Assembly: GCA_963827755.1 (NCBI GenBank)
Contig: CAWHCQ010000016.1
Span: 1-64,000 of the forward strand
Direction: 5' to 3'
DNA from: an uncultured Gammaproteobacteria bacterium
GTDB lineage: Bacteria; Pseudomonadota; Gammaproteobacteria; UBA9214
Length of the DNA stretch: 64,000 nucleotides
Shown here: positions 9,051-18,801 of the stretch, piece after piece
Layout of the letters: each line of letters begins with the position of its first letter
Position numbering within the stretch: the first letter of the stretch is position 1
Notes under the pieces: model-generated
The model's database searches: none
What the model was told of the DNA's origin: nothing
Seen by the model: the letters and a program-made list of their open reading frames with translations, nothing else
Program-made: the position numbers and the translations under genes

Positions 9051-10313
9051 TCAGGGCTCCCACCAGAGGGTCAGATAGGGGACGTAGGTCACCAGCCCCA
9101 GCCAGACAAGCATCAGCGCCAGGAAGGGGAGTGCTGCACGGAACAGGCTGAGTATCGGGCGGTTGAAGCGCTGGCTGGCGATGAAGAGATTGATGCCAAC
9201 CGGCGGCGTACTGTAGCCGATCTCCAGGTTCGCCAGAAAGATAATACCGAGGTGGACGGGATTGATGCCATAACTCAGGGCGATCGGCAAGATCAGGGGA
9301 ACCACGACAACGGTTGCAGAGAAGATGTCCATCATGCAGCCGACGATCAGCAGAAACGCGTTCAGCAGGAGCAGGAATTGCAGTTGCGAATCGACATGTA
9401 TTTGCATGTAGGCGAGAATTTTCGTCGGTATCTGTGCATCGATCAGCAGGTTGGTCAGTCCCATCGCCACACTCAGGATGACGAGGATACTGCCGACCAG
9501 GATGGCGGCGTCCCTGAGCAGTTCGGGCAGGTGTTTGACCAGGTGTATTTCGCGGTGAATGACGCCTTCAAGCAGTAACACATAGACCGCTGTGCAGGCG
9601 GATGCCTCGCTGATGGTGACAAAGCCGCCGAATATCCCGACGATCACCCCGATCGGCAGGAGCATGTCCCAGATGCCTTCTCTCGTTGCGATGGCAAGCT
9701 TCTTCCATGAGAACTTGTGGCGCAGCACGTCGGTGTTCCTGCCGACGTACATGCAATACAGTGCCAGCATTACCAGCAGCAACAAGCCGGGTGCCAGGCC
9801 GGCGAGGAACATTTGATCAATGCTGACGCCTGCCACGATACCGTAGAGCAGGATGGCCAGGCTGGGCGGGAACAGCAGGCCGAGTGAGCCGGATGTCGTC
9901 AGCAATCCCAGGTTGAAACGCTCCTTGTAGCCGGCATGGGCGAGCATCGGGAACATCAAGCCGCCAAGCGCCAGGATCGTTACCCCCGATGCACCTGAGA
10001 ACGCGGTAAAAAACGCACACGATGCAAGTGCCACGCTGGCGATGCCGCCCGGCAGCCAGCCGACCAGGGCATTGAATAACTGGATCATGCGTTGCGGTGC
10101 GCCACCGGCGGCAAGTACGACGCCGGCAAAGGTGAATAGCGGGATCGCCGCCAGGTAGGGCGATGCCGCCAGCCTGTTTAATTCAACGGCAAGCAGCGCA
10201 GGGTCCAGCCCGGCATTGTAGGTTGCCAGCAGGGCGCCGCCGGCCAGTGCAATAAACAGGGGCATTCCCAGCAGTGTCAGCAGCACCAGCAGGACAATCA
10301 CCGCGATGGTCAT
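9051..10313 (-). CDS. dctM: TRAP transporter large permease
   Basis: LAAIPLFTFAG, GSLGLLFPPS, GINPVHLGIIFLANLEIGYSTPPVGINLF; many TM segments. Confidence 0.95.
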   Translation of the reverse strand: MTIAVIVLLVLLTLLGMPLFIALAGGALLATYNAGLDPALLAVELNRLAASPYLAAIPLFTFAGVVLAAGGAPQRMIQLFNALVGWLPGGIASVALASCAFFTAFSGASGVTILALGGLMFPMLAHAGYKERFNLGLLTTSGSLGLLFPPSLAILLYGIVAGVSIDQMFLAGLAPGLLLLVMLALYCMYVGRNTDVLRHKFSWKKLAIATREGIWDMLLPIGVIVGIFGGFVTISEASACTAVYVLLLEGVIHREIHLVKHLPELLRDAAILVGSILVILSVAMGLTNLLIDAQIPTKILAYMQIHVDSQLQFLLLLNAFLLIVGCMMDIFSATVVVVPLILPIALSYGINPVHLGIIFLANLEIGYSTPPVGINLFIASQRFNRPILSLFRAALPFLALMLVWLGLVTYVPYLTLWWEP

Positions 10314-10807
10314 GGGATATTCTCTTCCGCCGGGGGGGTAAACAGACCGCTGATCAGGAAATGGAGTGACAGCAGGAAGAAGCCGAAGGGGGTGATCAGG
10401 GCGAGGATCGAGGTCCAGCGTTCATAGTCAGCAACATACTGCCAGTCGTCGTACCAGAACCGTCCGGCTGCCCGGGTAAGCGCAGCGCAAATTACTGCAG
10501 AGATCAGGTACAGCAGTGGTCTCAGTTTGAGGAGTTTTTCGGGTCGCATCCATGCCGTGCAAACATCAATGCGTATGTGTTTGTGATATTCGATGGCAAG
10601 TCCCGCGCCGAAGAAGGTGACATAGAGGACCATGTAGCGTGAGACGATATCAGCATGCGGGATGCTTGAATGGAAAAAATTACGCGCGATAACCTGGCCA
10701 AAAACCAGGCCCAGCAGGATCATCAATGAACTGCCCGCCATGAACATGTCGATGCGCAATAACGCATGGCGAAAGCCTGTTATCCAGTGAGGTTCAGCCA
10801 GGCGCAT
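10310..10807 (-). CDS. dctQ: TRAP transporter small permease
   Basis: Four TM segments, HIRIDV motif, lies between dctP and dctM with overlapping ends. Confidence 0.9.
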   Translation of the reverse strand: MRLAEPHWITGFRHALLRIDMFMAGSSLMILLGLVFGQVIARNFFHSSIPHADIVSRYMVLYVTFFGAGLAIEYHKHIRIDVCTAWMRPEKLLKLRPLLYLISAVICAALTRAAGRFWYDDWQYVADYERWTSILALITPFGFFLLSLHFLISGLFTPPAEENIP

Positions 10808-11849
10808 TTACCGTTTCTTTTGTTTTGCCGGCATTGTAATCATCCAGCCATTGATTGACTTTTTCTATGGTTGATTCGGGGATGTAGCCGTTTTCCATCA
10901 GGCTTTTCCCGGCTCTCCTGCTGAGGGCTTTCATTTCGTCAGAGTCGAGGTCCTGGGTATCCATAACAAATTTCATGCCCTTTTCTTCCAGGACAGAGAG
11001 GCTCTCGGCATTGTCCCGGCGGGTGGCGGCAACCAGTTTCTCACCGGTAATCTGTCCGCTGCGTTTTAATAGTTTCTGCAGGTCCTGCGGCAGGTCCTGG
11101 AAAAACTTGCGCGACACCACCAGTGAACCGATGCCGTTGGCCATGGGAACATTGGTGATGTATTTTGTCTTGGTGAACCATTGCAGGGCAATGGCACCCA
11201 GCGGCGGGCAGTACACCGTATCAATCAGCCCGGTGGAAAGGCTGGTGTAAACATCGATAATGGAGAGCGGTATCGGTGCCAGGCCGCTGGCCTCGAAAAA
11301 GGCCGTGCCGAGCGGGTCGCCTTTCCAGTGCCAGATGCGACGCTTTTTCAGGTCGTCGAGTGAATGAATGGGTTCCCTGGAAAAGAAATATATAAATCCG
11401 ACTTCCATCCAGCCAAGCAGTTCAAAACCGTTGTCGCGGTAGCCCTGCTCGATATCCGGCATGAACTGATGACGTACGTAATCAATTTCTTCAATACTGT
11501 TGAAAAGAAACGGCAGTTCCAGCACGCGTACCGGCGAGTAAATATGTCCCAGTCCGTAGCCGGTAAAGGCGCCGCCATGCAGCTGGCCAAAGCGGATCTT
11601 TTTAAGCACGTCCGGCTCGTCACCCTGTACACCGCCGGGGTAGATCTTGAAGACCAGTCGCCCGTGGCTCTCTTCGCGTACCTGGTCGGCCCAGTCCTGC
11701 AGCATGTTCATCCAGGTGGTGCCTGCCGGGGCGAGGGTGGCGAACTTCAGTTCATAAACCTTTTCGGCCTGCACAGGCAGGCTTGCAAATGTAAACATGC
11801 ACAGGACAATTCCGCCCAGTAATCCCAAGATCTTTAGCGCGCGAAACAT
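10794..11849 (-). CDS. dctP: TRAP substrate-binding protein DctP (TatP-type)
   Basis: Signal peptide, LKFATLAPAGTTW, IYPGGVQGDE...KIRFGQLHG, DVYTSLSTGLID. Confidence 0.92.
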   Translation of the reverse strand: MFRALKILGLLGGIVLCMFTFASLPVQAEKVYELKFATLAPAGTTWMNMLQDWADQVREESHGRLVFKIYPGGVQGDEPDVLKKIRFGQLHGGAFTGYGLGHIYSPVRVLELPFLFNSIEEIDYVRHQFMPDIEQGYRDNGFELLGWMEVGFIYFFSREPIHSLDDLKKRRIWHWKGDPLGTAFFEASGLAPIPLSIIDVYTSLSTGLIDTVYCPPLGAIALQWFTKTKYITNVPMANGIGSLVVSRKFFQDLPQDLQKLLKRSGQITGEKLVAATRRDNAESLSVLEEKGMKFVMDTQDLDSDEMKALSRRAGKSLMENGYIPESTIEKVNQWLDDYNAGKTKETVNAPG

Positions 11850-11851
11850 GT

Positions 11852-12751
11852 TCAGAACCAGTCTTTCTCAAGGGCCAGCAGGCGTCTGGCCCTTTGTTTG
11901 CTGATGCCGTTGACCAGCGCCATTTCCGGGTAGAGGTCGTCGGGTGCATCGATGGCCTGTTGCAGGCGTGCGTGGAATGCCGGCTGATCGAGTTTCTGGC
12001 GATCCAGGTATTCGGCACGCAGGACATCCACCAGCAGTAACCTGTCGTTGTTGATTTCAGCTGCGCGCCTGAAGCTCTTTTCAGACAGCGCAAAGTTGCC
12101 GCCAAACATAGGCGCACGTCCGCCGTAGTAGACACCGAAAAACATGTGTGCCCCGCCAAAATAAAATTCATCGTCCAGCTCGATGACGCGCTGCATCATC
12201 ATGGCGACGCTGGAGAGGGCGGCTATGCCGCCCGGGTCGTCACGGTTCAGATCGATCCATTTGCCCAGGCAGGATGCGCTCCAGAAGAGGGCAGGTACGG
12301 CTTTCTTTTCGGCAGCATCGACCGCGGTCTGCAGTTCTTCCGGCGTGGCCGTCTCCGGGTTGGCCTGCACACCGGACTGGCGCAGTGCCTTGCGTGCATG
12401 GCTGTAGCAGCGGCGATAGAGCAGGCGGGCGCGGTCGGTATTTTCCGCTTCGATAAAGCCAAAACTGTAGCCATAAAAACCTTCGGCCGCGAACAGGCGC
12501 AATTCACGGTTGTTCGGGTCTTCAACCAGCATGCCTTCGATCAGCTTGAGGTTTGCCGGCATGGCATCGCGGGCGAGTTGCAGGTCGGTCTCGCGGTTCA
12601 TCGATTCGATGCCGCTGTCGAGGATGGTTTGTGATCCGCGTACCACCATCTGGCCCATGGAGCAGGCAGAAAGCAGCAACACCACACTTAGACAGGCGGT
12701 GTTCTTCAGTAATCGATGCCGGGAAAAACCTGGTAGATGCTCGATAATCAT
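11852..12751 (-). CDS. tatT: TRAP-associated TPR lipoprotein, TatT (T component)
   Basis: Lipobox LLLSAC, ETDLQLARDAMPANLKLIEGML, GGAHMFFGVYYGGRAPMFGGN; directly upstream of dctPQM. Confidence 0.88.
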   Translation of the reverse strand: MIIEHLPGFSRHRLLKNTACLSVVLLLSACSMGQMVVRGSQTILDSGIESMNRETDLQLARDAMPANLKLIEGMLVEDPNNRELRLFAAEGFYGYSFGFIEAENTDRARLLYRRCYSHARKALRQSGVQANPETATPEELQTAVDAAEKKAVPALFWSASCLGKWIDLNRDDPGGIAALSSVAMMMQRVIELDDEFYFGGAHMFFGVYYGGRAPMFGGNFALSEKSFRRAAEINNDRLLLVDVLRAEYLDRQKLDQPAFHARLQQAIDAPDDLYPEMALVNGISKQRARRLLALEKDWF

Positions 12752-12761
12752 TGTTCTTATC

Positions 12762-13898
<1,137 letters not shown>

Positions 13899-14243
13899 TT
13901 ATTCAAACAGCTCATTCCAGCTGGCTTCGCTGAAGCCCAGGTGCAGCGTGCCGTCGAGGTCGAGCAGCGGCCGTTTGATCATCGCAGGCTGTTCCAGCAT
14001 GAGTTTCACGGCAAGACCCCGGTCAATGCTCTCGCGCACGGATTCCGGTAATTTGCGCCAGGTCGTGCCACGGCGATTGAGCAGGTTTTTCCATCCCAGT
14101 ACCTGTTCCCAGCTTTTCAGCTGCGCCCTGGTGAGCCCGTCGGTGCGTATATCGTGAAAGCGGTATTCCACACCATTCCCGTCCAGCCAGCGGCGCGCCT
14201 TTTTAATTGTATCGCAGTTGCGAATGCCGAAGACTGTCACCAT
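13899..14243 (-). CDS. yffB: ArsC/Spx-family protein (YffB-like)
   Basis: MVTVFGIRNCDTIKKAR, LLNRRGTTWRKL, MIKRPLL; usual position next to dapE. Confidence 0.9.
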   Translation of the reverse strand: MVTVFGIRNCDTIKKARRWLDGNGVEYRFHDIRTDGLTRAQLKSWEQVLGWKNLLNRRGTTWRKLPESVRESIDRGLAVKLMLEQPAMIKRPLLDLDGTLHLGFSEASWNELFE

Positions 14244-14271
14244 GAGAGAAACGAGGCCTGAACAGCAGACG

Positions 14272-15093
14272 CTAGATATCGCGCAGCAGTTCGTTGATGC
14301 CGACCTTGGAGCGGGTTTTCTCGTCAACACGCTTGACGATGACCGCACAATAGAGGCTGTAGGTCCCGTCCTTCGACGGCAGGTTGCCGGATACCACGAC
14401 CGATCCCGCCGGTACCCGGCCATACATGACTTCACCCGTGCTGCGATCGTATATGCGTGTGCTTTGTCCGATGTATACACCCATGGAAATCACCGAGCCT
14501 TCCTCGACAATGACACCTTCAACAACCTCCGAGCGGGCGCCGATAAAGCAATTGTCTTCGATGATGGTCGGACTGGCCTGGACGGGTTCAAGTACTCCGC
14601 CGATGCCGACACCGCCCGAGAGGTGAACATTTTTCCCGATCTGTGCACAGGAACCGACCGTTGCCCATGTGTCGACCATGGTGCCGCTGTCGACATAGGC
14701 GCCGATGTTGACGTAGGACGGCATCAATACGACGCCGGAAGCAATGAATGAACCCTTGCGCGCCGTGGCCGGCGGCACCACGCGTACACCGCCATCGCGA
14801 AACTCGCGTGAGTTGGTGTCGGCAAACTTTGACGCCACCTTGTCATAGTAATTGGTGAAGCCGCCTTTTATGAAGGCATTGTCTTCGATGCGAAAAGACA
14901 GCAGGACGGCCTTTTTGAGCCAGCCGTTAACGACCCAGGTACCGTCGCGTTTTTCGGCAACCCGGGCGACACCCCGGTCGAGCATATCGATGGCTTCCTG
15001 CGTGGCTTCCTTGACGTGACTTTCCACGCTGCGTGGCGTGATGTCGGCGCGTCGTTCAAAGGCTTCTTCAATTGTTGCCTGTATGTCACTCAT
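14272..15093 (-). CDS. dapD: 2,3,4,5-tetrahydropyridine-2,6-dicarboxylate N-succinyltransferase
   Basis: [50 protein letters not shown]. Confidence 0.98.
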   Translation of the reverse strand: MSDIQATIEEAFERRADITPRSVESHVKEATQEAIDMLDRGVARVAEKRDGTWVVNGWLKKAVLLSFRIEDNAFIKGGFTNYYDKVASKFADTNSREFRDGGVRVVPPATARKGSFIASGVVLMPSYVNIGAYVDSGTMVDTWATVGSCAQIGKNVHLSGGVGIGGVLEPVQASPTIIEDNCFIGARSEVVEGVIVEEGSVISMGVYIGQSTRIYDRSTGEVMYGRVPAGSVVVSGNLPSKDGTYSLYCAVIVKRVDEKTRSKVGINELLRDI

Positions 15094-15146
15094 TTAGATG
15101 CTTCTCCATTCAATTCAGGGGGGCAATGATAACTGCCTTGTCGATA

Positions 15147-16343
15147 TTATGCAGTGTTGATCCAGGATTTAATCCTTTCGGCTGCCTCGATGCAGTCATC
15201 GAGCGGTGCCACCAGTGCCATGCGCACGTACCCTTGTCCCGGGTTGATGCCGTCCGCGGTTCGGGACAGGTAGCTTCCCGGCAGGACAATGACATTTTGT
15301 TCTGCCAGCAGGCCGCGGGCGAAGTCCTCGCCATCAACCGGTGTATGTGGCCAGAGGTAAAAGCCGGCTTCGGGTAATTGCACGTCGAGTAGCGGCGCGA
15401 GGATATCCAGTACGGCAGTAAACTTTTCCCGGTAGAGTCTGCGGTTTTCGCGAACATGCACTTCATCCCGCCAGGCGCTGATGCTGGCGGCCTGGGTCGC
15501 CGGCGGCATGGCGCAGCCGTGATAGGTGCGATACCGCAGGAAATTCCGGATCAGTTCCGCATCACCGGCGACAAAACCGGAACGCAGGCCCGGGGCATTG
15601 GAGCGTTTTGACAGGCTGTGAAAAACCATGCAGCGGCTGAAATCATCCCGGCCTGTTTCAGCAGCAGCCTGCAACAGGCCGCAGGGCGGTGCTGATTCAT
15701 CCGGGTATATTTCTGAATAGCATTCATCCGATGCGATGACGAAATCGTAACGATCGGCCAGTTCAATCAGCTGCTGCAGTTCGGCGCTGCTCATGACGGC
15801 GCCGGTGGGATTGCCGGGCGTGCATATATAGACCAGCTGGCAGCGCTGCCAGGTGCTTTCCGGTACGCCCCCGAAGTCGGGGCGAAAGGCTGTTTCCCGC
15901 GTGGTGTTCAGAAAAACGGGTTCGGCACCGGCCAGCAGTGCCGCGCCCTCGTAAATCTGGTAGAACGGGTTCGGCATCAGCACCACGGGCGCGCTGCTGC
16001 GATCAATAATACATTGCGCAAAGGCAAACAATGCCTCGCGCGTGCCGTTCACCGGCAGCACCTGTTGCTCCGGATCGAGACCGCCGGCAGGCAAGCCGAA
16101 ACGCGACGTCAGCCAGTCTGCAATGGCACGCCGCAACTCCGGCGTGCCGCGCGTCAGCGGGTAGTTTGACAGGCCGTGCAGGTGGGTAATGACTTCCTCG
16201 GTAATGAAGGCCGGGGTCGCATGTTTTGGCTCGCCGATGGAGAGGGATATTGCATTCAGTCCCGCGGGGGGCGAAACGCCGTCAAGCAGCCTGGCCAGTC
16301 GCTCGAACGGGTAGGGCTGCAAATGTGAAAGGTCGGGATTCAT
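15147..16343 (-). CDS. dapC: Succinyldiaminopimelate transaminase
   Basis: MNPDLSHLQPYPFERL, SIGEPKH, SDECYSE, FHSLSKRSNAPGLRSG (PLP lysine); upstream of dapD. Confidence 0.95.
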   Translation of the reverse strand: MNPDLSHLQPYPFERLARLLDGVSPPAGLNAISLSIGEPKHATPAFITEEVITHLHGLSNYPLTRGTPELRRAIADWLTSRFGLPAGGLDPEQQVLPVNGTREALFAFAQCIIDRSSAPVVLMPNPFYQIYEGAALLAGAEPVFLNTTRETAFRPDFGGVPESTWQRCQLVYICTPGNPTGAVMSSAELQQLIELADRYDFVIASDECYSEIYPDESAPPCGLLQAAAETGRDDFSRCMVFHSLSKRSNAPGLRSGFVAGDAELIRNFLRYRTYHGCAMPPATQAASISAWRDEVHVRENRRLYREKFTAVLDILAPLLDVQLPEAGFYLWPHTPVDGEDFARGLLAEQNVIVLPGSYLSRTADGINPGQGYVRMALVAPLDDCIEAAERIKSWINTA

Positions 16344-16433
16344 TGCCGCTGGATACCGCTGTGTGTGATGATCAACGGTAGAGGGCGGTGTGCTTGCCAT
16401 TATCGTTGCCGGAGTGAAAGTATAATTGAACTT

Positions 16434-17324
16434 ATGAACGCATCCAAACAGGAATACCACCTGCTGCCGGTTGCCAGCCTGCTGTTTTCAGCGACGCTCT
16501 GGGGTGTCGTCTGGTACCCGCTGCGCCTGCTGGAAGAGCAGGGATTGTCCGGGGGCTGGAGTGCGCTGATCAGCTACGCGGCGGCCCTTGCTGTTTTTTT
16601 ATGGGTGTTTGTCCGCGACTGGCGAGTATTGCGGCGGAATTTTCCGTCACTGGCGCTGATGAGCCTGGCGGCCGGGTGGTGCAATCTTGCCTTCATCATG
16701 GCGGTGCTCGATGGCAACGTAGTGCGGGTCTTGCTGTTGTTCTACCTGTCGCCTTTCTGGGCCGTCTGTCTTGGCTGGCTGATGCTGAATGAGAAGCTGG
16801 ATGGAAAATCGATGCTCGTGTTCGTTGTTGCCGTCGCCGGCGCCCTGATCATGTTGTGGAATGACGATATCGGCATGCCCTGGCCGCGCAACCAGGCCGA
16901 CTGGCTGGCTGTGTCTTCCGGTTTTGCCTTTGCCCTGAGTAATGTATTCGTACGCCGAATGCAATCCGTCAGTGTCTACCTGAAATCGGCAAGCAGCTGG
17001 ACGGGTGTTGTGCTGGTTGCCGCAATCTGGCTGTTGGTTGCCGGGACGGGTCTTCCCGATGCCGGTGCCGGGGTTTACTTTTTCGCCGTGTTGCTCGGCC
17101 TGTGCGGTTTCCTGGTGATGACCCTGGCCGTGCTCTACGGTGTCACGCGCATGCCGATACATCGCTCTGCCGTGATCCTGCTGTTTGAACTGGTCGCCGG
17201 CGCCATTTCCTCGCAACTGCTGACAGACGAGGTGGTGCTTGCTCAGGAATGGATTGGCGGGGTGATGATTGTTACTGCCGCCTGGCTGGCAGCGCGTATC
17301 CATGCGGATGAAGCGAATGGTTGA
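16434..17324 (+). CDS. DMT/EamA-family transporter
   Basis: About ten hydrophobic segments, LWGVVWYPLR, LLFYLSPFW...LNEK; divergent from dapC. Confidence 0.85.
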   Translation: MNASKQEYHLLPVASLLFSATLWGVVWYPLRLLEEQGLSGGWSALISYAAALAVFLWVFVRDWRVLRRNFPSLALMSLAAGWCNLAFIMAVLDGNVVRVLLLFYLSPFWAVCLGWLMLNEKLDGKSMLVFVVAVAGALIMLWNDDIGMPWPRNQADWLAVSSGFAFALSNVFVRRMQSVSVYLKSASSWTGVVLVAAIWLLVAGTGLPDAGAGVYFFAVLLGLCGFLVMTLAVLYGVTRMPIHRSAVILLFELVAGAISSQLLTDEVVLAQEWIGGVMIVTAAWLAARIHADEANG

Positions 17325-17694
17325 AATACGCTCGATCAATCATGTCAGCCTGCTGGTTGCAGATACCCGCCGTGCCCTGGATTTCTATCAGGGCGTGCTG
17401 GGTCTGCCGGTTGACGACAGCCGGCCGGCGCTGGATTTCCCGGGTGCCTGGCTGAAGGTGGGTGACGGCCAGATTCACCTGCTGGAACTTCCCGAGTTCA
17501 TCCGGCAGCGGGAGTCCTTGCAGCACGGCGGACGGGACGCGCACCTGGCCATGAATGTCGTCGACCTCGATGCGATCGTGCAGGCCCTGGAAGCGGCGGG
17601 GATAGCCTGTACCCGCAGCCGCTCCGGTCGAAAGGCCCTGTTTTGCCGGGACCCGGATGGTAATGCGCTTGAGCTGATCGAGTCTGCGCAGTAG
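17317..17694 (+). CDS. VOC/glyoxalase-family protein
   Basis: INHVSLLV...ALDFYQGVLG, GAWL...IHL, HLAM, FCRDPDGNALELIE. Confidence 0.9.
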   Translation: MVEIRSINHVSLLVADTRRALDFYQGVLGLPVDDSRPALDFPGAWLKVGDGQIHLLELPEFIRQRESLQHGGRDAHLAMNVVDLDAIVQALEAAGIACTRSRSGRKALFCRDPDGNALELIESAQ

Positions 17695-17935
17695 AGGCCC
17701 TGGACCGCGATTTTAATTCTTGCCACAGAGCACACACGACACCGGCTATTGCCATTGCTGACGTACTTTATTTGCTGCTGATCGGTCGTTCAAGTATGTG
17801 GTCTGCATCCCGGCGCATGCCCGGAAAACAATACATTAAGTTATATTTCCGCCTGTCGATATACCGAAGAGGGAACGTATGTATCTGGCGGGCATCTAAA
17901 AAAAGCCTGTCGCCTTATGCGGAGGAAATCCGGTT

Positions 17936-18799
17936 TTGCGGGATATACTATTTTGGATCATAGGTATCGGTCTGGTATTCCAGTTGTGTGCCTGTTCAGC
18001 TCCGGAAAAAGAACCTTCTATCGAGATTCTGCGCATCGGGGTCCTGCCTGACGAGAGCGAGGAGGCGCTGCGGGAGCGATATGTTCCGCTGCTCGAGTTT
18101 CTCTCACAGGAGACAGGGATCCCCTACGAACTGATCATTCCGAACAACTACGCAGGACTGGTGAGACAGTTTGGCGAGGGCAAGATTGACCTGGCCTATT
18201 TTGGCGGTGTCACCTTCGTAAATGCCAATTCCGAATATGGTGCCGTGCCCCTGGTCATGCGGGACGTGGATAGTGACTTTACAAGTGTTTTCGTGGTGGC
18301 TGATGAGGGTTTCAAGGACTTTGAGGAACTCCAGGGTAAACGTTTCAGTTTTGGCTCCAGGTTATCCACCTCGGGGCACCTGATGCCGCGCCATTTCCTG
18401 CAGGCAGAGCGCGGTATAATTGCAGAAAAATATTTCGGCAGTGTCGAGTATTCCGGAAAACATGATCTCACCGCCTACCATGTAAGGGATGGTGAGGTTG
18501 ATGCGGGTGTTGTTAACGCAGAAATCATCCGCAAAATGTTCGCAGATGGTCGTCTCCAGCCGGGGGATATTCGAATCATTTGGACAACGCCACCCTATCC
18601 CGACTACGTCTGGGCGGTGCACCCCCGGATCCACCCCCTGGCTCGCGGAAGAATCCAGCAGGCGTTTCTAAAACTCTCGGCCGACAATCCACCAGAAAGG
18701 GCTATTTTGTCGGGCATGGGGACCGCCGGCTTCTATCCGGCCAGTATTAAGGACTACTCGATGCTGGCACAGGTCATGGGCAGGCCGGGCGTGTTATAG
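17936..18799 (+). CDS. PhnD-like (phosphate/phosphite/phosphonate-type) periplasmic substrate-binding lipoprotein
   Basis: Lipobox LCAC, LRIGVLPDE, DLAYFGG, STSGHLMP, YSGKHD, WTTPPYPDY; TTG start. Confidence 0.85.
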   Translation: MRDILFWIIGIGLVFQLCACSAPEKEPSIEILRIGVLPDESEEALRERYVPLLEFLSQETGIPYELIIPNNYAGLVRQFGEGKIDLAYFGGVTFVNANSEYGAVPLVMRDVDSDFTSVFVVADEGFKDFEELQGKRFSFGSRLSTSGHLMPRHFLQAERGIIAEKYFGSVEYSGKHDLTAYHVRDGEVDAGVVNAEIIRKMFADGRLQPGDIRIIWTTPPYPDYVWAVHPRIHPLARGRIQQAFLKLSADNPPERAILSGMGTAGFYPASIKDYSMLAQVMGRPGVL

Positions 18800-18801
18800 C
18801 G

